A stretch of DNA of 59,138 bases from Trichodelitschia bisporula (lineage: Eukaryota): the NCBI GenBank assembly GCA_010356995.1, contig ML996694.1, positions 62,001 to 121,138 on the forward strand, in the 5' to 3' direction. Below are positions 1 to 11,279 of this stretch, one piece after another (the first letter of the stretch is position 1; every line of letters starts with the position of its first letter). A program made the position numbers and the translations under genes. The notes below the pieces were generated by a model, which saw only the letters and a program-made list of their open reading frames with translations, made no database searches and was not told the origin of the DNA.

Positions 1-391
1 TTTGACGTGGAGTTGCGGATGCAAGAGGCAGGTCGGTGGGGCAGAGCCGCAAACGGCGACGCGACGCGCATGAGTCTTGGCGCCGGGTGCTCCCGATCGG
101 GGGTGCGGTCGGGCCGAGTGGAACGAGGGCCGGCAGTTTGGCAGTGCCGGGTAGATGCAAGACAAGGGAGGTTGTGTGTCCGAGGAAGAGCAGCGGAACA
201 TCGCACGGCAGCTACAGAGTGGATTCGGTACAGAGGCACACAAAGGACCTCGGTTTGACCTGCGAGGCGAACGCGGGAGGTCTAGCGGACCAGTGAAGCT
301 GGAGCCATATCCTAGGCCAAAATCATACTACAGGACCACCAAGACATCGATTCTCGAAGCTGATAACGCTCGGGACGATGACTTGAGATGA
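1..391 (+). CDS. Possible 3' end of a gene entering from the left edge; product unknown
   Basis: ORF 155-391 looks protein-like and ends just before the AT-richer gap shared with the convergent PRCC gene. No motif recognised and exon structure unresolved. Confidence 0.25.
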
Positions 392-649
392 TGGAGAAGG
401 GGGGTGGAGAGGAGTCGGAGCCGTTGTGAAATCGTCAGGCTAGTTGGGACTGACTGCTGTGCACGAGAGGACATGGAGGAATCGCAACAATATTCAGCAT
501 CTCGTTGAAACACGCAACAGCGCAAAAATTACACGATACCTTGCGCCAGTCGCAAGACCAATTCCAACCCTTTGATTCCTTCTATTGGTATAACCATGAC
601 CTGAAACCAGAGCACCTCGCCAGCTATGCAAACATCCCATTAACACCTC

Positions 650-1720
650 TCACCATCCATATCTTGCCCCAGCCTCGCGCTGATTCCTCTTCCCCTGTGC
701 AAAATGCTCCTCCAAAGCCTCCTTCTGCGCCGTGGCCTGGTTGAGTAGCTGTTTGAGGCTGTGTTTGCCCGGGGCGATGGTGCGGACGGGGTTGTGCACG
801 GCAGTCTCGCCCCGCGCCCGCAGCTCCTCGTTCGCCTCGTACTCGGCATCTGTGTTGAATTTGCCGATGTTGACCCCGGACAGATCGAGACCGCCGGCTT
901 TGCCTGCCTTCCGCCCAAATATGCGCTTCATTTCGGCTTGGGAGAGGTTGAGATCGCTGACTTCGAGCCCCGAGGGTGCAGCTTTTTGTGCGGGCTGCTC
1001 CGGCCACGACGTTTCTTCCTGGTACTCATTTGCATTATCCTCCTCCGGTTCCAGCAGGACGGGCTTGTATGCTTCGGTTGGCGCCGCCTTCGTCTCCACT
1101 ATCTCCTCTGTTGTTATCGAAAAGAGAGACACCTTTGGTTTGGTGGGTTTGGCCGGCAGTGCTTGCGAAGGCGCGGTCGATGCCGATGCATTTGATGCCT
1201 TTGACGCCTCGGCAGCAGCGGCGCTGCTTGGATGTGGTCGCTTCTTCTGAGCTCTCCTCGCGACCGAAAGTGGCTTGAAGACGGTGGCCTTGCCGACGAT
1301 CTTGACGCTGTCTCCTGGATTCATTGGCTCCACCTTTGCTGTCGCTGCTCCGGTAGCTGTTGTACTAGCCTCTTCTGCAGTGTGATCACTCGCGGGTGCC
1401 TCTCTGCTAAACGCAGGAGCAGCACCTGTCTTAAGATTCACACCCGTGCCCATCCCCTTCAGTGCCCGCTTTGGCGCAGGCAAAAAGGCATTGATGTTGA
1501 GCGCGCCACCTGTGCGCGGCTTCTTCGCCGGAGGCGCATCTTTGTCTATGTCGTCCGTGGAGCTCGCGAGCGAGGATAGGTTGACGCGAACTTTGTGGGT
1601 TGAAGGATCGATGAGCTTGCGGGCGGCGGGCTTTGCGGGTTCGGGAGGCGCGGGCTTTTGGACGGGAGTTTCGTTGTCAGAGTCCTCTGAGTCGGAGTAG
1701 GCTACCAGAAGGCTATTCAT
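650..1720 (-). CDS. PRCC-family protein (mitotic checkpoint regulator / MAD2B-interacting-like)
   Basis: ATG at 1720 gives MNSLLVAYSDSEDSD. Internal FLPAPK and C-terminal HNPVRTIAPGKHSLKQLL...LEEHFAQGKRNQREAGARYGW* match the PRCC C-terminal signature. Confidence 0.88.
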   Translation of the reverse strand: MNSLLVAYSDSEDSDNETPVQKPAPPEPAKPAARKLIDPSTHKVRVNLSSLASSTDDIDKDAPPAKKPRTGGALNINAFLPAPKRALKGMGTGVNLKTGAAPAFSREAPASDHTAEEASTTATGAATAKVEPMNPGDSVKIVGKATVFKPLSVARRAQKKRPHPSSAAAAEASKASNASASTAPSQALPAKPTKPKVSLFSITTEEIVETKAAPTEAYKPVLLEPEEDNANEYQEETSWPEQPAQKAAPSGLEVSDLNLSQAEMKRIFGRKAGKAGGLDLSGVNIGKFNTDAEYEANEELRARGETAVHNPVRTIAPGKHSLKQLLNQATAQKEALEEHFAQGKRNQREAGARYGW

Positions 1721-2035
1721 GGTGAAATGAGGGAGACGCGTAAGTTGGATGGTGGTTTTGGAGGAGTTGGATAAATGATGCTCTGGAAGTGGCAAGCCGC
1801 GTCGCAGAATCCAGGCCCAGTGACCCGCTCCCCGCACCCGCGACTTTCGGCCAACAACCCTCAGCGGCTGCTCGCTGAGACGTAAGGCCCGACATCACCA
1901 CCTCTCGAAATGCCTCAACTGCACCATTAACCTAGGTTAGCCTGCAGCATAACTCCGTTCTTTATCCCAGCAGCGGGCCTGTTACTTCCTGCGGTTACCT
2001 TTGTCGCAGGAGTTGTTATCTGCCATGAACTCATC
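1721..2035. promoter_or_regulatory. Compact divergent promoter between PRCC-like gene and sin1
   Basis: 315 bp between head-to-head start codons at 1720 (-) and 2036 (+). Confidence 0.6.
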
Positions 2036-4581
2036 ATGTCTCTCTTAGAACGAGAGGAGTACGTTTGGCCTCCAGTTGCATGTCTCGTCTAACTGTCCCC
2101 AGCTTCGTCCTCTACCACCTTAGAACTTCCTACCTCTCGATGATCAAAGATGGCGTCGGAGACCGCCTTATTCATGTTGACGCTTCGGTCCTGAACGATC
2201 CAGCGTTCCGAGCAGCCGGCTGGTTCGCCAACCCATCCGATATCCGCCGTACTTACTCCCCGCCCATCCCCACTGCCGTCACTGCAGAGTATTTCCAAGC
2301 ACCCCGAAATGTGAACCTCGTCGACCCCGGGTTTGGCGATGATGAAGAGGAGGGCGGCATGATCACCGGTGCCGGGCCCAGCGCCGACACAGTTGGTCCC
2401 GGGATGCAGACGCGCAGGAAGCGTCGTAAGGAGACACAACCGGAAGAAGAGGATAGCAGCGATCTCAGTGAAGAAAGCGATGAGGAGGGCGAAGGAACTC
2501 AGAGGTAGGCAGTTTCTGCCACTCGCAATCCCAGCTTACCCCGCAGGCCTGGGAACCAGATCAAGTTCCAGAAAATGCCTCTCCGTACGCGCGCTGGCTC
2601 GTCACCCATCCGCAGCAGCAATCTCCTTGATGGGCCCTCGGTGTTGGTCACATCTCCCTCGCACCCAGCCGATGGCAGCCGGTTGAGGCGGGGCTCTCTT
2701 GGTGCGGTAGAAGTCGTCAAGGAGCGTGCCCGTCGTGACACCACGACTAGCAGTGAAATGTCGTCGGAGAACGAGCTGGACCCCTCTGTCTTCCAGCGGA
2801 AGCAGGTAAATCCCCTTCGAGCAGCCAAGGCCGGTCGCTTGCTTGCGGAGCGCATCCAGGAGGATGACCGTGAAGACTTGCACGATATGGATCCGGGCGA
2901 GGAATCCGACAGCACTCTGTCCTCAGGCTTTGACGGCTCAGAAGACAGCGAGTCGATTCTGGACGCTGTCGACTCCGGCCCACTCACGTCACTACCGTCG
3001 CGCCCCTCTGGGGAGACGGCAATGGCCAAGTTGACGACTTCGTCGCCCAAAAGGTCAAGGCAGGGTCCCTCCGTGCTTCAAGCACTGCCCCCACCTCGGC
3101 CCATCAGCGTCATGGCACCAGTCAGCGCCTTGACTTTGGCTTTGAAAGCCAAGGATAAGAAGCCGGATGTCCCCTTCGAGAGGTTTGCCATTCTGAGTGG
3201 AAAAGGCGACCCCAATCCCATCTACATCAAGGTCTTCGCCCCATTTGCAAAGCCCACTCGATCCTATGAAGTTCTGCTGCGCCGGTCGCCCGACTCAGGC
3301 GGTGCAGTCTCAGTCGCCGAAGCCATTGGTTTGGCACTATGGCGGTATTTCGAGGAAAAAATCGAGCCTCCGATTCCCAACGATAAGTTCAACGTCAACC
3401 GATGGAACTTCCGCATGGTCGAAGACGACGAAGTGGATTACGACTTTCCAGCTCTCAGTCGCGTCCGCCCGATGGCCGACTTCACTTCCAACAACAACAA
3501 CCCTCGGCTGCGAGGCCGCTCGCGGGACAAGCCGTGGGACGAGTTTGCGTTGGTCGAAGCCAATGATAGCGAGTTCCGCGACAACCAAACTGCTACTCCG
3601 CAATACGCCGGAGACACGACTGCGGTAAGACGCGTCTCTTCACCTCCTCCAACGCTATCGAAAACTCCCGTGCCACAGGCACCCGCGTCCGTTGCCTCCG
3701 TCGTGCCCGTCTTGCCCAGGAATCCCATCATTGGCCCCACATTCTCGGTAGCTGCATTCCGTAGCCCAGCTGCACCACTCCTCGATGCGCCTGTTGCTCC
3801 CGTATCCCATGCGACTCCCCGCATGGGGCCGCCGAAAACTCTCACTGTCCACTTCACGGACAATAACTTTGTCTCTATAAAGACTCAAGTCGAAGTCACT
3901 ACCGACACGTATATTGCCGAGGTGTTTGACCAGGTCTGCAAGCGTCTCAAAGTGGATATGGCCGCCCACGTACTCAAAGTTTCAAATTCCGCAACTGTTG
4001 CGCCTTCAGACCGCACGGTTGAAGCGCTAGGCGACCGCTCGGAGCTGGACCTCGTGCGGCGGAGGTTTATCGGAGACGGCAATTTCGGTCTGAGCGGTTC
4101 GCCGGGCAGCAGCAGCCCGAATGCGCCTCTGCTCATCGCTCCTGGTGGGACGCCAAAGAAAGGCAAGAAAGTCGGCACTCACCCGCTCGCTCAAAGGAAT
4201 GACGCCCTCATGCTTTTCGGGAGCAACTCGACATATAAGCGCTACTACGTGGTGCAAAAGAAGCAGATGTCTTTCTCGTCTTCGACGGCAAAGATCATGG
4301 CTCTGGAGGGCGAGTATATGCACGTCATGCCAACGTCGTCTGAGCACCATCCGACCGCGACCAAGTTCTTCGAGACGCCGGGCAAGGTCATGACGGTTCA
4401 CTTCAGCAGTGTTATTGGCACCAAAGTCTCTCGACGTCATCCGCGCATGTTCCGGGTAGTTGTCTATCGGGAGCGCGAGCAGAAACGCTACGACTTTGAG
4501 ACGCAGACTTCGGATGAAGCTCAGGAAATCGTCAGTGAGATCAAAAAGGGTGTCGCGCGGTTCCATGAGGGCGCGGCTTAG
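2036..4581 (+). CDS. sin1: TORC2 subunit Sin1/Avo1; join(2036..2058,2103..2504,2547..4581)
   Basis: N-terminal FVLYHLRTSYL...DGVGDRLI and RTYSPPIP; CRIM region (VAEAIGLALWRY, NRWNFRMVEDDEVDYDFPAL, FALVEA); C-terminal PH region (YKRYYVVQK...KRYDFET...AQEIVSEI). Both introns are canonical and keep the frame. Confidence 0.93.
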
Positions 4582-4898
4582 GCGTGGGATGGGTCTGGGA
4601 GGGAATGAGGGCGTTTCGGATGAAATAAGGATGGCCGGATGGGATTCTTTCGCGGGCAGGCGGGGCGTAGGATACTGCTTCCTGATATAAAATGCAATGT
4701 TTGCGCTTCCACGCCATACTGGCTTGTCCCTGACGTGCTCTGATCTCTTTGTGCCCATCCCGCCCCCATACCGTAGGGCTGACACTCGGACCGGTCCGCC
4801 GGACTAACGTTTATCCCGATCGGCATCGTCACCAGGCTCCGGTCACGGCCCCGAGCTTCAACGCTCTCACAGTACATACGCCATGTGTCTTTAGAGAC

Positions 4899-7668
4899 AT
4901 GCCCTATCCGTCATCCTCAAACTCAAGTAGCCTGTATGGCCAGACTAGTGGTGAATCGTCTTCGAGCCGCATCGGCGCGCGCCAGCCGCATGTTGAGGAT
5001 GCAGACGATGATGCGGATAACGCGCCGGAGCGCACTGACGACTTAGCTTCTCAGTATGTCCGTCCGCTCAGTTAGTAGACGGTTCTAATGGTAGCAGTAT
5101 CTCATTCAAGCGCCGTGCCAAAAATACCAGCGTGTCGGGCTTCGCGCTTCCCCGCTTTCTCTCCGGCTTCGCCCAGCCCCCCCATCCCAACGGCGAGGCC
5201 TCGTCAAACCGCTCCGCAATCGATTTGCCCCTCCTCGATACAGACGATGATAACCCACCGGGTCAAACAAAGGATGGCTCGGTCTACGATTGGTACGCCG
5301 AGGGCCCCGGTCGGCGTGTCGGCTACGACGATCTCACGGCCATCGACTGGATCTTCGAGTACGCGAAGGAGCGGCAGCGGTTGCGCGCATTATACTCCAC
5401 GGCGACGGGATTGGCGGGATATGTGCGCCAAGTGGCGGATGCGGCGCAGATATGGGTCGTGTTGATTGTGACGGGGATTGCGGTCGGGGCGATTGCGGCG
5501 TGCATTGATGTTGTGAGTGACTGGTTAGGGGATTTGAAGGCGGGGGTGTGTCGGGATGTGGATCAGGGAGGACGGTTTTATTTGAATAGGGCGTTTTGCT
5601 GTTGGGGGGCTGAAGGTACGTTGAGGGACTTGCGGAGGGTCGGGCTAACAGGCACAGACCTGGCACAATGCTCGGACTGGCAACCGTGGAGTGATGTATT
5701 TGGCGTTCGGGCATCGAAGGGAGGCTGGATCCTGGAATACATGGTGTTTTTGATTTTATCTGTGGGTTCGGAATCCCATCAAGTGGTCATTGCTGATTTG
5801 CAGGTGCTCTTTGCGGCTTGCGCCAGCGTCCTAGTGAAGAACTATGCGATGTATGCGAAGCACAGTGGGATACCCGAGATAAAGACGGTTTTGAGCGGGT
5901 TTGTCATTCGGCGTTTTATGGGTTCCTGGACTTTGCTCATCAAGTCACTGGGATTGGTATGTTGGCTATATTCTATTTGACTCCTTGCTAATGAAACCAG
6001 TGTCTAGCAGTGGCTTCTGGACTGTGGCTCGGGAAAGAGGGTCCCCTTGTACATGTTGCGTGCTGTTGTGCGAATCTTATACTCAAGGCTTTCGACACCC
6101 TCAACAGTAATGAGGCACGAAAGCGAGAGGTGCTCTCGGCTGCGGCTGCGGCTGGCATCTCTGTTGCATTTGGGTCTCCCATCGGTGGAGTCCTCTTCAG
6201 CCTTGAGGTACGAATTCGTCTCAGTCTTCTTTTTATTACTGACGGCCAACAGCAACTCTCATACTACTTCCCCGACAAGACGATGTGGCAGAGCTTCGTC
6301 TGCGCCATGATCGGCGCTGTCACCTTGCAGGCCTTCAACCCCTTCCGAACCGGCAAGCTGGTGCTGTATCAAGTCACATATCACAGTGGCTGGCATGGCT
6401 TCGAAATAATACCCTTTGCGCTCTTGGGCATTCTGGGCGGCGTGTATGGAGGACTGTTCATACGCCTCAACATGAAAGTCGCCCAGTGGCGGCGAGACCG
6501 CACATACCTCAAGGGTCCAGTTCTCGAGGTCGTCCTCGTCGCGCTCCTCACCGCCATCATCAACTACCCCATCAAATTCACCCGCGCCCAGACCTCCCAG
6601 CTCGTCTACACGCTCTTCGCCGAATGCATCGACATAACCGACGACCAACTCGACCTCTGCCAATCCGGCCGCGCAAACACCGGCGTCATAACCCTCCTCC
6701 TCATCGCCGCCGTCCTCGGCTTCTTCCTCTCGGCCATCACCTTCGGCCTGCATATCCCAGCTGGCATCATCCTCCCCTCCATGGCCATCGGCGCGCTGTA
6801 CGGCCGCGCCGTCGGCCTCATCCTCGAGGTCTGGCAGCAGGCTCACCCCGCTTGGCTCATCTTCCGCAACTGCGAGGCTGACATCCCGTGCATCACTCCG
6901 GGCACGTATGCCATCATCGGCGCTGCGTCTGCACTCGGCGGCGCGACGCGCATGACCGTCTCTATCGTGGTCATTATGTTCGAGCTCACGGGGGCGCTGA
7001 CTTACGTCCTCCCCATTATGATCGCCGTGCTGCTGAGCAAATGGGTCGGGGATGCGATATCCCCGCGCGGCATTTACGAGTCCTGGATTCAATTCAATGG
7101 GTACCCGCTCCTGGATAATCGCGACGATAATGCGGCGCAGGTGCCGGATGTACCGGCCGCTGATATCATGACCCGCATTGAGGATCTATGCGTCATTACG
7201 GCGACGGGGCACACGGTTGCCACCCTCACCGATCTGCTGGCCAAGCACCCGTACCGCGGCTTTCCGGTCATCGACGACCCGCGCGACGCGCTGCTGCTCG
7301 GGTACATATCGCGGACGGAGCTGGACTTTGCATTAAGGGCTGCGGCGCGGGGACGGGCCGGTGCCGCGGGCACGGAGGTTGTGTTTGCGCATCAGGCGCT
7401 GGGGGAGATGGGGCAGGTTGTGGACTTCAGGGCGTGGATGGATCAGACGCCGATAACACTGGGGGCGAGGGCGAGTTTGGGGCTCACGGTGAATATGTTT
7501 CAGAAGTTGGGGTTGAGGTATGTGCTTTTTGTTGAGAGGGGGGGGTTGAGGGGGTTGTTGACTAAGAAGGATGTTTGGGTTGCGTTGAATGAGGAGGGGT
7601 TGGGGGGGGGACGGGATGAGGGGGTGGGGGTGGAGAGGGGGGAGGATGTTGGGGGGGAGTATGAGTAG
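4899..7668 (+). CDS. CLC-family chloride channel/transporter with C-terminal CBS domains; introns ~5054-5094, 5616-5657, 5762-5803, 5957-6000, 6208-6252
   Basis: Motifs YDDLTAIDW, SGIPEIK, GKEGP, AFGSPIGGVLFSLE, GIILPSMAIGA, RMTVSIVVIMFELTG; CBS-like YRGFPV...GYISR and MDQTPITL. Splice sites are frame-consistent. Confidence 0.95.
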
Positions 7669-9525
7669 TGGGATGGGTAGGGGTGGGTGGGCTCGATGTT
7701 GTGCATAGATGGTATGTTTGAAGTCTGGTTCAGGAGGCTGCGAGGCCTAATGCTGTGTTTGTCACCAGAGGTCGTTGAGGATAGTGGCCCTTTCTGCGGC
7801 CTCATTGTGACTTCTCTAGAACCGAGTTGCCTGCATGCCATTGTCCAATCGACACGCCCTCCTCCTGCAAGCGGATACGCGTTGTGACGCGATTGTGACA
7901 CATGAGGTGGCATGGTATGGAACTGCGTGTGCGGAATGAGTTCGGTTTAGGCAGTAGTTTATCATGAGTTAACGGTACAACGGCAGGGATCTAGTCTGGC
8001 GTCCGTTCTTCACCGGTCACAAGGCTGAAGTTGCGGGGTAGTTCTACCGTACGGTAGTCTGTCGTGTCTGTCAAAAGCGGCCTGGCGGGGCTTATCCGTG
8101 GTCACATGTAGAACTAGTCTGGTCGGAGGCCGGAGTCATGAACCGGAGCTTCCCGAAAAGGTCCAGAAACTTGTGGCCGTCTTTTGCTAAGGCCTTTTGC
8201 TGAGGAAAGAGGTAGAGACTGTCGGGAGGGCGACATTACTTGGACCCAGGCAACGAAGGTTTAGATGAGTTCTAGGCGACAAGAGCGTCATCTGGGATCT
8301 GATAAGGCTGGGAGGCCTACCGGCAAAGTGCGGTTGCAGGAGGCAGCCGAGAAGGCCCGAATGCCAGCCTTTCCGGGGGACGAAGGGCATTTTTCGGTAA
8401 ATCACTTTGGTTTCCTTGTCCCCCTTGCGCCATACAGTAACAACTTGCCAGCAAGGCAAACACGGCGGAGATTCACGAACCGCATGTGGTACCTGCCGCC
8501 TTCCCGGTTGTACGACAGTGATAAAGCCATGTTCCGGATTTCGTGCGGGGGGGGGGGAGGCTGATACTCCGGATATGGGCTTTGGGGAAGGGAAGTGGGG
8601 GCCAGCAGGGAGTGGTTGATGGGTATTGGCGTTCGGCTGCTTCTCAGCCTTACTAGATATTCAGGATGCGTGGGTGCGGCTGAACTGCGCACTGCATGTC
8701 GGCCTACCCCGCCACTGAGGCCGCGCAGCCAGCCTCAGATCGTAGAGAGAGCAAATGATGTCGACACTGCATTGAAGAAGAGGAAGCAGCCTCAACGCAG
8801 GCTCTCGCCTTTATAAGTCGTGCGCGGACACATCCTCGCTCGCATTCATTGCCTCGCGGGACCTCTAACCTCTTCCTTATTCCCCAGGATCGTCGGTGAG
8901 GAAGGCTCCATAAAATGTGCCGTGGTCCTCTGCCTGATGGAAAATCTGACGCAGCTGAAACTGATGATGATTCTCTCACGACTGGATATTAGTGTTCGCT
9001 GATGAGATATCTCAGGTGAGAAGTGTCGCGTTACCATTATTGCGAATATTTATATGCTGACCTGCGTCGTGAGACCGAAGCTGACAATGCCTTGCTACTG
9101 TCTAGAACTAATCGAATCGACGAGGCCGTAAATTAAATTATCTAGGTGGGGAGACCCTTGGGGAAATCGCTATGGTCGTCGGCATCCCAATCGGGCTCGC
9201 CGACAAACACGAGGTCCCCGTATGCGTCGTGAAAATTGCTTCCTGGAACTCATGCACTCCTACGCAACTTACACGCGCGCTTTCAGCTTGACACAGCGGT
9301 GAAATGGCCCTCTATGGCATGCACCTTCACCTCATCCACTTGCATCTCGCGACAGTCGCCTCCGATGGCACCTCACTGTACGGCCTCAATGCGTGAGATG
9401 CCGGCCCCAGCTGTCAAAAATCAGCCAGTTCACAATACGGCACGGACACGAGAATCGACGAGTCCCCCACGCAGGTGCAATTTTCTCATCGTGTAATCAC
9501 CGTGGTCCAGAATGGTCACCTCCCC

Positions 9526-9561
9526 GCCAATCACGCCAATCACGCCAACCACGCCAATCAC
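9526..9561 (+). repeat. 4 x 9-bp tandem repeat GCCAATCAC (three intact CCAAT pentamers)
   Basis: gccaatcac gccaatcac gccaaccac gccaatcac read directly. Confidence 0.9.
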
Positions 9562-9947
9562 GCGACCACAATACTTTTTGGGGGCCCAGAGAAAATGTGG
9601 GAATCTGAAGCCGAGTGGTTGAAAAAGCATCTGAGGACCACTCGAAACGTCGTGGCCACCCCGTCTTGCGCCCTTCTGTGGTCAGGCAAGAACGGATTTA
9701 ATGCCGGTCTGAAGATATATCCGGTTGAGGCCTCCGGATTTCGAACTGGATTGTTTGGAAATGCGCCTTAGGGCCTCGAGACCGGATGCGGCGGCTTCTG
9801 AATCATGAAGCCTTGTGGAGCCGGTCGCGGGCGTCATGGATAAGGGGCAAGGCTGAGCACAATCAAACATCAGGTATGGTACGGTAGAACTCAATGGCCT
9901 CAAGGCCGCTTTGGTTACGCTAATAAAACATGACGAACGTCAGGAAA

Positions 9948-11279
9948 TCATTTCAGCCCAGCAAATGTAATGGAGAACATCCCCATGACACCCGTCGCTT
10001 CCTGACCGCTAGCCGACTTCCTCCTGCTCCGAGTTAGGAAGGTGCTTTCTGGTGAGTGTGGGGGTACTTACAGGGGGTACTTCTTGAGATCGTACTCCAC
10101 CACCATGGAAAGCTCATCGCCCTTCTTGACGGGGACGGGTCCATCGCAGTTCGTCATGGACGAGATGGTCTGCCATTGCTGGCCGTTGATCTCAGCGGTA
10201 GAGCCCGCGCCGCCATACACCGCCTTCGACGCGCAAGCGAACTTGTTGTTAATGAACAGATCCACCGCGACGCCGCCATCTGCACCCGTTAGTCCATATC
10301 TAACCACTTCCAGACCACCTACCATGCAAATGGCCCCGCGCAGCCAGAATATTCCCGTCCTCGCGAACAGTCCACTTCCCGCTCGTCGTGTTCGTCGGCC
10401 CAGCATTCGAGGTCTTAATTGCCTTGCCCTTGCACTGCGAAATCGAGATCAACATGCCCTTGCTATTGACCTCCTGGCCGCGTGGCGTCCATTCCAGATC
10501 GTACGTGATGTACACCTGCTTCGCCTCCTTGTTGTAGTTGACCAGCTCCACCATGGCCATGAACGCATCGCCCTGACCCACGTGATACCCGGCATTAGCC
10601 TTGCCGTCACGCGACGTGTACAGCACGGGAACGTCGCCGCTGTCCTCGCCCGTGCCGACGAAGCCCGTGCCGGAGCCCATCGAACTGACGGAAGATCCAG
10701 GGCGAGTAGGGTTATCGCAGCTCGAAAGCCAAGACTCGGTTTTCTTGGTCGTATCCGTGGTGAGGACGTGGTGGATGTAGACGCCTGGTCTCGGTTAGCG
10801 GTCATGGCGCGGCAACGTGGTCGGCTCACCCTTGGACGGGTCGGCCTTAGTGCCGTCTTCGAACTGCACGCCGACTTTGCCGGCGTAGACGGTGCACGGC
10901 GCGTTCTCGTTGCAGAAGCCCTTCTTGATGTTGAGGAAGTAGGACTGGCCGGCGAGGGTGGAGTCGCCGCCCATACCGCCCATCATCCCGCCGCTGCTCT
11001 TCCCGGTGCTCTGAAGAGGGATTAGCTGATACAGTTGTTGAAATCGAAATACATACAGCCTTGGCGCCATTGAGGGTGTACGCTAGTCTGTCAGCCGCAG
11101 CCTTGCGGTGTTCACATGTTGCGCAACTCACGCCCGAATTTTGTCAAGGTGCGCTGGGCGCCAGCTTTAATCTTAGGCTGGAGCTTCTCAATGCCAGCAA
11201 CCGGCGCCATCTTGGCCTGGCGGGCATCAAGCACCGCCGCCGAGACCAGCGGCAGCACGAAAAGAGCGGATATCTTCAT
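9948..11279 (-). CDS. Secreted protein (~366 aa) with HH / HxH / Met motifs resembling PHM/DBH copper monooxygenases; complement(join(9948..10023,10072..10279,10323..10784,10830..11010,11057..11082,11132..11279))
   Basis: Signal peptide MKISALFVLPLVSAA. Five canonical introns give 1101 nt in frame. Motifs VYIHH, AARGHLHDGG, ISSMTNC, GVMGMF. Confidence 0.8.
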
